DNA from: an uncultured Caulobacter sp.
GTDB taxonomy: Bacteria > Pseudomonadota > Alphaproteobacteria > Caulobacterales > Caulobacteraceae
Assembly: GCA_937925635.1 (NCBI GenBank)
Contig: CALALX010000003.1
Location: forward strand, 6,598 to 70,597
DNA length: 64,000 nucleotides
Direction: 5' to 3'
The notes under the pieces were generated by a model. The model saw only the letters and a program-made list of their open reading frames with translations, was not told the origin of the DNA and did no database searches. Of the stretch, positions 29,599 to 38,451 are shown piece after piece; position 1 is the first letter of the stretch; each line of letters begins with the position of its first letter. The translations under genes were made by a program, and so were the position numbers.

Positions 29599-30671
29599 TT
29601 GAACTCGTCTTCCAGCGCCGCCAGCCGCGCGGCCTGGTCCTCGGCGATCAGCGGGTTGATCACGTCATCCAGCGCGCCGCCCTCCATCACCTTGTCCAGG
29701 TTGTAGAGGGTCAGGTTGATGCGGTGATCGGTGACCCGGCCCTGGGGGAAGTTGTAGGTGCGGATGCGCTCGGAGCGGTCGCCGCTGCCGACCTGGCTCT
29801 TGCGGGCGTCGGAGCGGGCGTCATCCAGCGCCTGGCGCTGCAGGTCATAGAGCCGGGCCTTGAGGTTGGCCATCGCCTTGCGGCGGTTCTCGTGCTGGCT
29901 CTTTTCGGAGCTGGTCACCACCACGCCCGTCGGCAGGTGGGTGATGCGCACGGCGGAGTCGGTCTTGTTGACGTGCTGGCCGCCGGCCCCGCTGGATCGG
30001 TAGGTGTCGATGCGCAGGTCGGCGTCGTTGATGACGATGTCGACGTCCTCGGCCTCGGGCAGCACCGCGACCGTGGCCGCCGAGGTGTGGATACGACCCT
30101 GGGCCTCGGTCTCCGGCACGCGCTGCACGCGGTGCACGCCGCTCTCGAACTTCAGCCGGCCGAACACGCCGTCGCCGGTGATCGAGGCGATGATCTCCTT
30201 GTAGCCGCCCATTTCGCTCTCGGAGACGCTGTCGACCTCCACGCGCCAGCCTTTGGTGGCGGCGTAGCGCTGGTACATGCGGAACAGGTCGCCGGCGAAC
30301 AGGGCGGCCTCGTCGCCGCCGGTGCCGGCGCGGACCTCGAGAATGGCCGACGCGTTCTCGTCCTTGTCGCGGGGCGCCAGCAGCAGGGCCACAGCCCGTT
30401 CCATCTCGGGCAGGCGCTCGTCCAGCCGCTCAAGCTCGTCGCGGGCCAGTTCCGAGATGTCCGGGTCCGGGTCGGCCGCCATGGCCTCGAGCTCGGGCCG
30501 TTCGGACTGCGCCTTCTGCACCGCCATCACCGCCTCGGCGACCGGCTTCAGCTCGGCGTGCTCCTTGGACAGCTTAACGATCTCGCTTCCCTCCGTGGCC
30601 GCGCCCATGCGCGCCTCGATCTCGCGAAAGCGGTCGAGCACCTGGTCGAGACGGGCCTGGGGGAGTCGCAA
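29595..30671 (-). CDS. prfA: Peptide chain release factor 1
   Basis: GGQ motif ([15 protein letters not shown]), RF1 PxT (VPETE) and SERIRTYNF. Confidence 0.97.
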   Translation of the reverse strand: MRLPQARLDQVLDRFREIEARMGAATEGSEIVKLSKEHAELKPVAEAVMAVQKAQSERPELEAMAADPDPDISELARDELERLDERLPEMERAVALLLAPRDKDENASAILEVRAGTGGDEAALFAGDLFRMYQRYAATKGWRVEVDSVSESEMGGYKEIIASITGDGVFGRLKFESGVHRVQRVPETEAQGRIHTSAATVAVLPEAEDVDIVINDADLRIDTYRSSGAGGQHVNKTDSAVRITHLPTGVVVTSSEKSQHENRRKAMANLKARLYDLQRQALDDARSDARKSQVGSGDRSERIRTYNFPQGRVTDHRINLTLYNLDKVMEGGALDDVINPLIAEDQAARLAALEDEFN

Positions 30672-30751
30672 GGGACGGGAACCTGGGAAGAGGAACGGAG
30701 GGCGGTCTCTCTAGCGCCCCGGGGGCGTCGCGTCACGCCCCACCTCCATCC

Positions 30752-30875
30752 CGTCATGGCCCGATTTGTTCGGGCCACCCAAGAACACCGTGCGTGCAAG
30801 AAGGGCGCGGATCGCTCCGCGCCCTCTCGCTTCTGTCATCAGGCATGGGTGGCCCGGACGAGCCGGGCCATGACG
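30752..30875. repeat. 124-bp CGTCATGG-tagged REP/MITE-like element
   Basis: Perfect 12-bp TIR cgtcatggcccg/cgggccatgacg, inner 11-bp IR cgggccaccca/tgggtggcccg and central 10-bp hairpin at 30802-30825. Confidence 0.85.
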
Positions 30876-30887
30876 CCCGTTTGGTTG

Positions 30888-32285
30888 CTACCCCGCGCGC
30901 GGGCGCAGAGCCGGGGCGGCGGCCTTGAAATCGGCCTTGGCCAGCTTCTTGCCGGCCGCGGTCGCGCCGTCGGTCGCCGGCGCGCCGATCGCGGCGCGGC
31001 GCGGCGCCAGCAGGGTGTCGAGGCGAGCCTTGGACGCCTTGAAGGCGGCCACGTCGCGCGGATCCTGCGAGACGCCGATGGCGAACTTCTGGCCCATCGG
31101 GTTCACGCGCACGCCCCGGCGCCAGATTTCATAGTGCAGGTGCGGGCCGGTCGAAGCGCCGGTGGAGCCGACGTAGGCGATGACCTGGCCCTGGCTGACG
31201 CGATGGCCGGCCTTCAGGCCCTTGGCGTAGCGCGACAGGTGCGCATAGCCGGTCTCCCAGCCGTCGGCGTGCCGGATTCGCACCCAGTTGCCGTAGCCGC
31301 CCCAGCGTCGGGCCTCGATGACCACGCCGTCGCCGGCGGCCAGGACGGGCGTGCCCGTGCCGGCCCCGAAGTCGATGCCCTGGTGCATCTTGGTATAGCC
31401 CAGGATCGGGTGGCGGCGGATGCCGAAGCGCGAGGTGATGCGGGCGCCGTCGACCGGCGTGCGCAGCAGCATGCTCTTGATGGTCTTGCCGACGCTGTCG
31501 AGGAAGGTCTTCTTCCCGGCGACGTTGGTGAACCCATAGAACCGCTGGCCCTTGATCTCGGCGTACTGCAGGCCGCTGGCTTCGACGGTGCGGCCGCTCT
31601 CGGTGACCTTGCGATCGAACACCAGGCAGAACGGATCGCCGGCCTTGATGTCGCGCGAGAAGTCGATCTTGTGGGCGAACAGCTTGGACGCCTCGGCGAC
31701 GATGGCCGAATTGGCGCCGATCGCGGCGGCGCTCTCGTGGAACGAGCCGTCCATCTTGCCGCAGGCGACCGTGGTCTCGGCCCGGACCTTCTCTTCCAGT
31801 TCGCGCAGGCGCAGCGCGCCGTCGAAGGTGCGCGAGACAGTGATGGTCTTGGCCGCGTCGGTGCGCATCGACAGGCCGATCAGGCGAGCAGGCCCACGAC
31901 GGTCCAGCGGACGTGCGACCGAGGCCACGAAGTCCATGCCGGCCTTGATGTTGACGGTGTCGATCGACTGGCTGAGCACGCCGACGACATCGCGAGCCTC
32001 CGCGTCAGCCACGCCGCTGCGGGCGACGGCGGCGGTCAGGGTCTCGCCCGGCCGGACTTCGACGTTGACGTTCTGGCCATGACCGAATCCGGGTTGGGCC
32101 TCGGCTTCGGCGAAGGCGGCGTGCTGCAGAGCCGCCATGGCGGCCGGGTCGAGCGGCTGGCTGACGGCGATCTGCGGACCCGCGGTCAACTTCCAGCCGA
32201 GGCCGAGGGCGGCGAACCCCACGACAGCCACAAGGATCTTCGGCGCGAAGCGAAGCGTCGGGCGCCTGGGATCAAACTCCTGCAT
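30888..32285 (-). CDS. M23 family peptidoglycan DD-endopeptidase with N-terminal membrane anchor
   Basis: HQGIDF and GPHLHYE Zn motifs; probable start ATG 32285 (MQEFDPR). Confidence 0.9.
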   Translation of the reverse strand: MQEFDPRRPTLRFAPKILVAVVGFAALGLGWKLTAGPQIAVSQPLDPAAMAALQHAAFAEAEAQPGFGHGQNVNVEVRPGETLTAAVARSGVADAEARDVVGVLSQSIDTVNIKAGMDFVASVARPLDRRGPARLIGLSMRTDAAKTITVSRTFDGALRLRELEEKVRAETTVACGKMDGSFHESAAAIGANSAIVAEASKLFAHKIDFSRDIKAGDPFCLVFDRKVTESGRTVEASGLQYAEIKGQRFYGFTNVAGKKTFLDSVGKTIKSMLLRTPVDGARITSRFGIRRHPILGYTKMHQGIDFGAGTGTPVLAAGDGVVIEARRWGGYGNWVRIRHADGWETGYAHLSRYAKGLKAGHRVSQGQVIAYVGSTGASTGPHLHYEIWRRGVRVNPMGQKFAIGVSQDPRDVAAFKASKARLDTLLAPRRAAIGAPATDGATAAGKKLAKADFKAAAPALRPRAG

Positions 32286-32428
32286 CGGTCCCCCGTCGTT
32301 GACGATGCCGCAAGCGTCAGAATGACACGGCTGGGTAGCCCCCCAGCAACTGTCGGGCCGGTTCATGCCGGACCCCGGACGTTAAGCGCAAGCAATATTC
32401 GGTGCTTCGGCCGATTTGTCACGTCGGC

Positions 32429-32845
32429 TCACCCCTGGGGCGCATTCCCGGGGACGACTCGCTCGCCGTCCTCCTTGACGAACGCTGCGGGAGGCGTGTC
32501 GAGGATGGCGAAGACGGCCTCCGAAGGCCGCGACAGCACCGCGCCCCGGGGGCTGGTCACGATGGGGCGTTCGACCAGGATCGGATGGGCGACCATGGCT
32601 TCCAGGATCGCCGCGTCGCTTGTCGCCGGATCGGTCAGCCCGAGTTCGGCGGCCGGCGTGCCCTTCACGCGAAGGATATCTCGCGGGCCCTTCCCCAGCT
32701 TGGCCAGCAGATCCTCGAGCTGCGGCCGGGTCCAACCGGTCTTCAGGTATTCGACGACGGTCGGCTCGACGCCGGATTGCCGGATGGCGGCCAGCGTATT
32801 GCGCGAGGTGCCGCAGGCGGGATTGTGGAAGATGGTGACGGTCAT
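32429..32845 (-). CDS. arsC: Arsenate reductase, glutaredoxin-dependent type
   Basis: IFHNPACGTSRN, HPILVERPIV and RPSE; ATGA overlap with acr3. Confidence 0.93.
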   Translation of the reverse strand: MTVTIFHNPACGTSRNTLAAIRQSGVEPTVVEYLKTGWTRPQLEDLLAKLGKGPRDILRVKGTPAAELGLTDPATSDAAILEAMVAHPILVERPIVTSPRGAVLSRPSEAVFAILDTPPAAFVKEDGERVVPGNAPQG

Positions 32846-33888
32846 GGCGCGGCCTTTTCCTTCAAGCGGGCGGGGCGCTCGTACCAGTCCTTGCTCCGGT
32901 TGACGATGGCGACCACCGTCAGCATGACCGGCACCTCGACCAGGACCCCGACCACGGTGGCCAACGCGGCCCCGGACTTGAAGCCGAAGAGGCTGATCGC
33001 CGCCGCCACCGCCAGTTCGAAGAAGTTGCTGGCCCCGATCAGGGCCGAGGGGCCGGCCACGCAATGCGCCTCGCCGGTCGCCCGGTTCAGCAGGTAGGCG
33101 ATGCCCGCGTTGAAATAGACCTGGATCAGGATCGGGACCGCGAGCAGGGCGATGATCAGCGGCTGGGCGATGATCTGTTCACCCTGGAAGGCGAACAGCA
33201 GCACCAAGGTCGCGAGCAGGGCCATGATCGACACCGGCCCCAGCTTCGCCAGCGCGGACTGCATGGCTGCCTCTCCCCTCGCCAGGAGCAGCTTGCGCAG
33301 GACCTGGGCGATGATGACGGGCGCCACGATATAGAGCCCGACCGACAGCAGCAGGGTCTCCCAGGGGACGGTGATCGCGGAGAGGCCCAGCAGGAGGGCG
33401 ACGATCGGGGCGAAGGCCACCACCATGATGGCGTCGTTCAGCGCCACCTGGCTCAGCGTGAAGTTGGGCTCTCCCCGGGTCAGGTTGCTCCAGACGAACA
33501 CCATGGCGGTGCAGGGCGCCGCCGCCAGGATGATCAGGCCGGCGATGTAGCTGTCGATCTGCCCGGCCGGCAGCCAAGGCCGGAAGAGCACGCCGATGAA
33601 CAGCCAGGCCAACAGCGCCATCGAGAACGGCTTGACCGCCCAGTTGATGAACAGGGTGACGCCGATGCCGCGCCAGTGGCGGCCGACCTCGCGCATCGCG
33701 GCGAAGTCGATCTTCATCAGCATCGGAATGATCATGAGCCAGATCAGGCCGGCCACTGGAAGGTTGACCTGGGCCATCTCGAGCCCCCCGACAGCCTGGA
33801 AGGCGGCCGGGAAGACGTGGCCGAGCGTGATGCCCGCCACGATGCAGAGCGCGACCCACAGGGTCAGGAAGCGTTCGAAGATCGACAT
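32842..33888 (-). CDS. acr3: ACR3 family arsenite efflux transporter
   Basis: FERFLTLWV, AAPCTAMVFVW, ALIGASNFFELAVA and GVLVEVPVML. Confidence 0.96.
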   Translation of the reverse strand: MSIFERFLTLWVALCIVAGITLGHVFPAAFQAVGGLEMAQVNLPVAGLIWLMIIPMLMKIDFAAMREVGRHWRGIGVTLFINWAVKPFSMALLAWLFIGVLFRPWLPAGQIDSYIAGLIILAAAPCTAMVFVWSNLTRGEPNFTLSQVALNDAIMVVAFAPIVALLLGLSAITVPWETLLLSVGLYIVAPVIIAQVLRKLLLARGEAAMQSALAKLGPVSIMALLATLVLLFAFQGEQIIAQPLIIALLAVPILIQVYFNAGIAYLLNRATGEAHCVAGPSALIGASNFFELAVAAAISLFGFKSGAALATVVGVLVEVPVMLTVVAIVNRSKDWYERPARLKEKAAP

Positions 33889-33890
33889 GG

Positions 33891-34385
33891 TCAGTTCTCG
33901 CCGATGCGGTCGAGCCGGGCCTGGAGCGTCAGCCGGTCGAGGCTGGCCATCGGCAGGTTGGTGAACAGCTCAAGCCGGTTGTGCAGCCGGCCGTAAGTGT
34001 CGGCGAAGGCCGCCGCGATTTCCGCTTCGCTGCCCTGGACGGCCGCGGGATCGGGCGCCCCCCAGTGGGCCGTCATGGGCTGTCCCGGCCAGATCGGACA
34101 GACCTCGCCGGCGGCGTTGTCACAGACGGTGAACACGAAGTGCAGCTCGGGCGCGTCCGGATTATGGGACCGGTCGAACTCTTCCCACGACTTGGAGCGC
34201 AGATGCCCGACAGGGTAGTTGAAACGCTGCAGCAGGCTCAGGGCGTGGGGATTGACCTTTCCGGTCGGCATCGATCCCGCCGAAAAGGCCATGAACCGTC
34301 CGGCGCCCAGTCGGTTGAGGATCGACTCGGCCAGGATCGACCGGGCCGAGTTGCCGGTGCAGAGGAAGAGCACGTTGTGGCTCAC
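33891..34385 (-). CDS. arsC: Arsenate reductase, LMW-PTP/thioredoxin type
   Basis: GTG start; LFLCTGNSARS, TVCDNAAGEVCP and HWGAPDP. Confidence 0.92.
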   Translation of the reverse strand: MSHNVLFLCTGNSARSILAESILNRLGAGRFMAFSAGSMPTGKVNPHALSLLQRFNYPVGHLRSKSWEEFDRSHNPDAPELHFVFTVCDNAAGEVCPIWPGQPMTAHWGAPDPAAVQGSEAEIAAAFADTYGRLHNRLELFTNLPMASLDRLTLQARLDRIGEN

Positions 34386-34735
34386 GCGCAACCCTCCGCG
34401 CCGCAGCCGGTTGCCCTGGCGATCTCTGCCAGCGGCGCGCAGATGGCCGGCTCGCCGGAACAGCAATCCTCCATCAGGAAGGTCAGCAGACCGCTCATCG
34501 CGCCGTAGTCGGCGCTGTAGATGACTGATCGACCCTCGCGCCGCGACCGGATCAGGCCCGCGTGGCTGAGGATGGTCAGGCCGGACGACAGGGTGTTGGG
34601 CAGGGTGCCGGTGGCCTCGGCGATCTTGCCGGCGGCGAGCCCCTCGGGGCCGGCCTTCACCAGCAGTCGGAAGACCTCCAGCCGGCCAGCGTGGGCGAGC
34701 GCGGAAAGGGCGGTGACGGCGTCAATCTGTTCCAT
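34382..34735 (-). CDS. arsR: ArsR family As(III)-responsive repressor (C-terminal CC-x-C type)
   Basis: ALAHAGRLEVFRLL...REGRSVIY...EDCCSGEPAIC. Confidence 0.92.
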   Translation of the reverse strand: MEQIDAVTALSALAHAGRLEVFRLLVKAGPEGLAAGKIAEATGTLPNTLSSGLTILSHAGLIRSRREGRSVIYSADYGAMSGLLTFLMEDCCSGEPAICAPLAEIARATGCGAEGCA

Positions 34736-34736
34736 G

Positions 34737-34754
34737 ATTCCAGAATATCGGAAT
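34737..34754. promoter_or_regulatory. Putative ArsR operator upstream of arsR
   Basis: attcc-agaatatc-ggaat palindrome; 12/18 identical to 35241-35258. Confidence 0.55.
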
Positions 34755-34775
34755 TCAATGACGCCGTCGTGACCC

Positions 34776-35219
34776 TTAACCGCAGCAGGCGGCGCGAGGG
34801 GCTTCGGCCTGACCGGCCGCCGCGAGCAGGGCGGCGGGCTCGCCTTCGCCGTAGGTCGTGGCCTCGCCGGTGGTGTGGAAGGTCTCCCAGCGCACGCCCG
34901 AGGGGTCGACGACCCAGCTCTTGTCCGACTTGGCGTAACAGCAGGTGGTCGCCTCCTGATCGAAGGTCGTCTCGCCGGCGGCCTTCAGGCGCGTGGCGAT
35001 CTCGGCGAGTTCCGGGCCGGTGTCGGCCTGGACACCGACGTGGTCGATGCCGGCCGCCCGCCCGCGCCGCGAGATGGCGAGGTTCACGCGCGGGTCCTCG
35101 AGCATCCACTTGGCGTAGTCGTCCTTCACCACGCTCGGCTCGGCGCCGAACAGGGTGGAGTAGAAGCCGATCGAACGGTCGAGGTCCTCGACGGCGATAT
35201 GCAGGTGCAGGCGCTTCAT
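34776..35219 (-). CDS. arsI: ArsI/CadI family VOC metalloenzyme (C-As lyase-like)
   Basis: HLHIAV, HVG, TTCCYAKSDK.WV.DP and WETF; ATG 35219 with GGAG RBS. Confidence 0.85.
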   Translation of the reverse strand: MKRLHLHIAVEDLDRSIGFYSTLFGAEPSVVKDDYAKWMLEDPRVNLAISRRGRAAGIDHVGVQADTGPELAEIATRLKAAGETTFDQEATTCCYAKSDKSWVVDPSGVRWETFHTTGEATTYGEGEPAALLAAAGQAEAPRAACCG

Positions 35220-35240
35220 GGCGGTCTCCAAAAATCGATA

Positions 35241-35258
35241 ATTCGAGAAATAAGGAAA
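35241..35258. promoter_or_regulatory. Putative ArsR operator upstream of arsI
   Basis: attcgagaaataaggaaa, similar to the 34737 box and overlapping a TTGACG-type promoter on the minus strand. Confidence 0.5.
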
Positions 35259-35294
35259 TATATGCGGCCGTCAAGGGCCGGCTTGACGGCGCCC

Positions 35295-35315
35295 CTTGAT
35301 TGATCATTCAATCAA
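35295..35315. promoter_or_regulatory. Palindromic operator TTGATTGA-N4-TCAATCAA
   Basis: Perfect 8-bp arms at 35296-35303 and 35308-35315; shares CTTGATTGA-N4-TCAA with 59264 and 59294. Confidence 0.7.
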
Positions 35316-35335
35316 CGCATAACGGAGATACGCCG

Positions 35336-35896
35336 ATGGCCAGCCTCGACGACGCGACGCGCACCATGATCCGCAATCTCGAGGAGAAGACAGGGCGCAA
35401 TCTGGGCGACTGGGCGGACCTCGCGAACACCTCGGGACACGAGAAGCACGGTCAGATCGTCGCCTGGCTGAAGAGCGAGCACGGCCTGGGCCACGGCTAC
35501 GCCAATCTGGTCGCGCTGGAGTCTCGCGGCGGCCTGACCCGCGAGGCTTCGGAAGAAGACGCCGTCGCGGCCGTCTTCGCTGGCGAAAAGGCGGCGCTGC
35601 GACCGCTCTACGACGTGATCGAGGCCTGGGTGAAGGGCCTGGGCGGTGATGTCGAGATCGCGCCGAAGAAGGCCAACGTCTCGGTGCGGCGCTCCAAGCA
35701 GTTCGCGCTGATCCAGCCCTCCAGGAAGACCCGCATGGACCTGGGCCTCCAACTCAAGGGCGTCACGCCGTCCGGCCGGCTGGAAGCCTCCGGCTCCTGG
35801 AACGCCATGGTCAGCCATCGCGTCCGGCTCGAGGACGCGGCGGCCTTCGACAGCGAGGTGAGAGGCTGGCTGAAGGCGGCCTACGACGCGGCCTGA
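35336..35896 (+). CDS. DUF4287-DUF5655 fusion protein
   Basis: NLEEKTG...W...KHGQIVAWLKSEHGLGHGYAN (DUF4287) and PKKANVS.RR.KQFA...SHRVRL...EV..WLKAAYD (DUF5655). Confidence 0.85.
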   Translation: MASLDDATRTMIRNLEEKTGRNLGDWADLANTSGHEKHGQIVAWLKSEHGLGHGYANLVALESRGGLTREASEEDAVAAVFAGEKAALRPLYDVIEAWVKGLGGDVEIAPKKANVSVRRSKQFALIQPSRKTRMDLGLQLKGVTPSGRLEASGSWNAMVSHRVRLEDAAAFDSEVRGWLKAAYDAA

Positions 35897-35899
35897 TTG

Positions 35900-38299
35900 T
35901 CAGGGCAGGGCGATCGCTCCGAACACGGCTCCCGAGTCGGATACGTCGAAGGGCATGACGTTGGCCGGACGCGGCGGCAGCGGCTTCGCCCCCGCCGGCC
36001 AACCCTCCGACACGACGGCCCAGTCGACCTTCGCCGGTCCGCGGCCGACCGCAAGCACCAGCTTGATCGGGCCGGGGTCGGATTGCCACCGCAGGCGCGT
36101 CCGCGATCGTCCCGAGGGTGTCGCGTCCTGGTTCTCCGGGTCATCCCGTGAGACGGCGACCGGCCGACCGTTGACGGCGGCGGCCATGACCGGATCGCTC
36201 TCGACCTCGATCATGACCAGCCGTCCGTCGGCCACGCCCTCGACGACGATCTCGCCTGCTGGCGTTCGAGACACCGACAGGCCCGTCGTCGGCGCGCCGG
36301 CGCCGGCGGGAGCCCGCCAGGCCTTGCCCCGCGCGAAGGGCGGGAACGCCGCCTGCTCGACCTTGCCGCCGTCGGCCGTGATCGCCGCGCGAGACCAGTC
36401 GTCGAGGTCGGGCGTCGTCGAGACGCGCCACGCCTTGCCGGTCGCGGCTTCGGTGACATGGAAGACGCTGGTCGCCATCGGATGTCGCTCGGTCCAGGGA
36501 TCCCGGAAGCGCACGGCGCCGACCAGCGCCGCGCCGATGGCGAGCACCACCAGGGCCGGGACCAGAGCTCCGCGACCGTCGCGGGCCGCCAGCGGCCAGG
36601 CCGCGATCGAGGCGAGAAAGACCAGGAGTCCGAGGATCGCCGGCAGGTCCAGACCCTGGGCGACCCCGTGAAAGTAGACGGCTAGCCAGCCGCCCGCCAG
36701 GATCGCGAGGAGGGCAAGGGCGGCCAGACGCAGGCGATCGAGACGCGTGCCGAAGTCGGTCGCCAGCGCCGCCAGCGCGGCCAGGGCCAGCGGCCAGGCG
36801 ACGATCACGGCCACGGTGGGCTGGGCGATCTGCAGGCCCAGCGCCAGCACGAAGCCCACGGCCAGCACGCCCGGCCAGGCGTGCTCGATCTTCTCCGGTT
36901 TGCCGAAGACCGCCGCCGCCAGCCCCGCCGAGGCCATGGCGAGAACGCCCCCGACGAGATCCCAACCGCCGAGCAGTTGGCAGAACACGCCCCCGAGCAG
37001 GGCCGAGACGACGGGAGGCCAGCGCCGCTCGCCGCGTCCGAGCATGGCCGGGATCAGAAGCAGCATGCCGATCGCGATGATCGCCAGGGTCGTCTCCCAT
37101 AGCGCCCATTGGGCCAGCAACGGCCGCTGGCCCATGAAGCCGAAGTCGACGCCGGTGGCGCGACGCGCCAGGTGCAGGGCCAGGGCCGTTCCCGTGAGGA
37201 CCAGCACCGCCGCGCCCGCGCCGCGCAGCACGCCGCGCCAGTCGCCGCGGCCAAGGCCGCCGCGCCGCGCCGCCCAGGCCAGGGCGCCGGCGATGGCTGC
37301 GATCAGGATCCAGCCGCCCCACGCCGGATAGGCCAGCACATGGTCGCCGAAGGTCTGGCTGTAGACCGCGTCCGGGGCCTTGCCGGGCAGGGACTTGGCG
37401 AAGGCGAAACCAGACGCGGCGGCGAGGGTCTGGTCGCCGATATGCTGCACGGAGCCCTTGTCGAGGTTGGCCACGGTGGCGGTGGCGGCATGATAGTCGA
37501 ACTGCCGGCCGATGAAGGCGAAGTTCAGCCCGGGGACGCCCGCTTCCTTGGAGATGGAGAAGTCAGTGTCGTTGGGCATGTTCTCATAAAGGAAGACGGC
37601 CAGCGAGTTGCTCACCGGCGCGCTGGCGGTCCTGGCGAAGGCGGTGACGACGGCGCCATTGTCCGGACCGGTCTGGAACATGTTGGCCCGGCCGCCGTTG
37701 CCGCGGGCCTCGAGATTGATCAGCAGGCCGATCCGCTCGCGAAGCGGATGCTCTGAAAAGAAGGCGCGGGCGCCGAGCAGGCCCGCCTCCTCGCCGTCGG
37801 TGATCAGCACGATGACGTCGCGCTCGGGCGTTCCCCGGGCCTTGAGGGCGCGGATGGTTTCCAGGATGGCGGCGACGCCGGTCGCGTCGTCGGCGGCCCC
37901 GGGCGAGCCGGGCACGCTGTCGTAGTGCGCCATCAGCGCCAGAGCGGGCAGGGTGCGGTCCCGGCCCGGCAGGACCCCGACGATGTTCTCGACGGCGCCG
38001 CCGACGATCCACAGGTCCTCGCCCCAGGCCCGCCGCTCGACCGCCTGCCCGGACTGCACCGTCGGCGAAAGGCCGAGCGAGGTCATCCGCGCCCTGACAT
38101 AGTCACGGACGCGATCGTGGTCGGCCGACCCGAGCGGATGGGGGCGTTGGGCGATCGTCTCGATGTCGACGAGGGCTCGCCCAGCCGAGAAGCCCGCCGC
38201 CGGCGCATTGACGGCCCGCGGGACGGGCGTCCGTGTTCCCAGCCAAGCCAGCACCAGGGCGCCGACCAGTGTCACCGCGAGCGCGATGGTCCGCATCAT
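35900..38299 (-). CDS. Membrane-embedded M28 family metallopeptidase (ERMP1/Pff1-like architecture)
   Basis: AHYDS, GAADD, DGEEAGLLG, NLEARG and YH, followed by about nine TM helices; ATG 38299. Confidence 0.88.
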   Translation of the reverse strand: MMRTIALAVTLVGALVLAWLGTRTPVPRAVNAPAAGFSAGRALVDIETIAQRPHPLGSADHDRVRDYVRARMTSLGLSPTVQSGQAVERRAWGEDLWIVGGAVENIVGVLPGRDRTLPALALMAHYDSVPGSPGAADDATGVAAILETIRALKARGTPERDVIVLITDGEEAGLLGARAFFSEHPLRERIGLLINLEARGNGGRANMFQTGPDNGAVVTAFARTASAPVSNSLAVFLYENMPNDTDFSISKEAGVPGLNFAFIGRQFDYHAATATVANLDKGSVQHIGDQTLAAASGFAFAKSLPGKAPDAVYSQTFGDHVLAYPAWGGWILIAAIAGALAWAARRGGLGRGDWRGVLRGAGAAVLVLTGTALALHLARRATGVDFGFMGQRPLLAQWALWETTLAIIAIGMLLLIPAMLGRGERRWPPVVSALLGGVFCQLLGGWDLVGGVLAMASAGLAAAVFGKPEKIEHAWPGVLAVGFVLALGLQIAQPTVAVIVAWPLALAALAALATDFGTRLDRLRLAALALLAILAGGWLAVYFHGVAQGLDLPAILGLLVFLASIAAWPLAARDGRGALVPALVVLAIGAALVGAVRFRDPWTERHPMATSVFHVTEAATGKAWRVSTTPDLDDWSRAAITADGGKVEQAAFPPFARGKAWRAPAGAGAPTTGLSVSRTPAGEIVVEGVADGRLVMIEVESDPVMAAAVNGRPVAVSRDDPENQDATPSGRSRTRLRWQSDPGPIKLVLAVGRGPAKVDWAVVSEGWPAGAKPLPPRPANVMPFDVSDSGAVFGAIALP

Positions 38300-38451
38300 C
38301 GTCGTGTCCCCCGTTCGGCGCGAGGATGCACGCCCGCGCCGGTCCGGCAATGGGAACCGATGTCGCGGATCACGGTTCTTTGTCACGGGGCCGCGAGATC
38401 GCAATGCTAGCGTCGCCGCGCGCGAGGGAAGCAACAGGGAAAAGACATATC

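Noticed and set aside
29214-32903. 1229-aa plus-strand ORF
   Set aside because: Antisense shadow of prfA, the M23 peptidase and arsC; no recognisable domain; typical of high-GC codon bias
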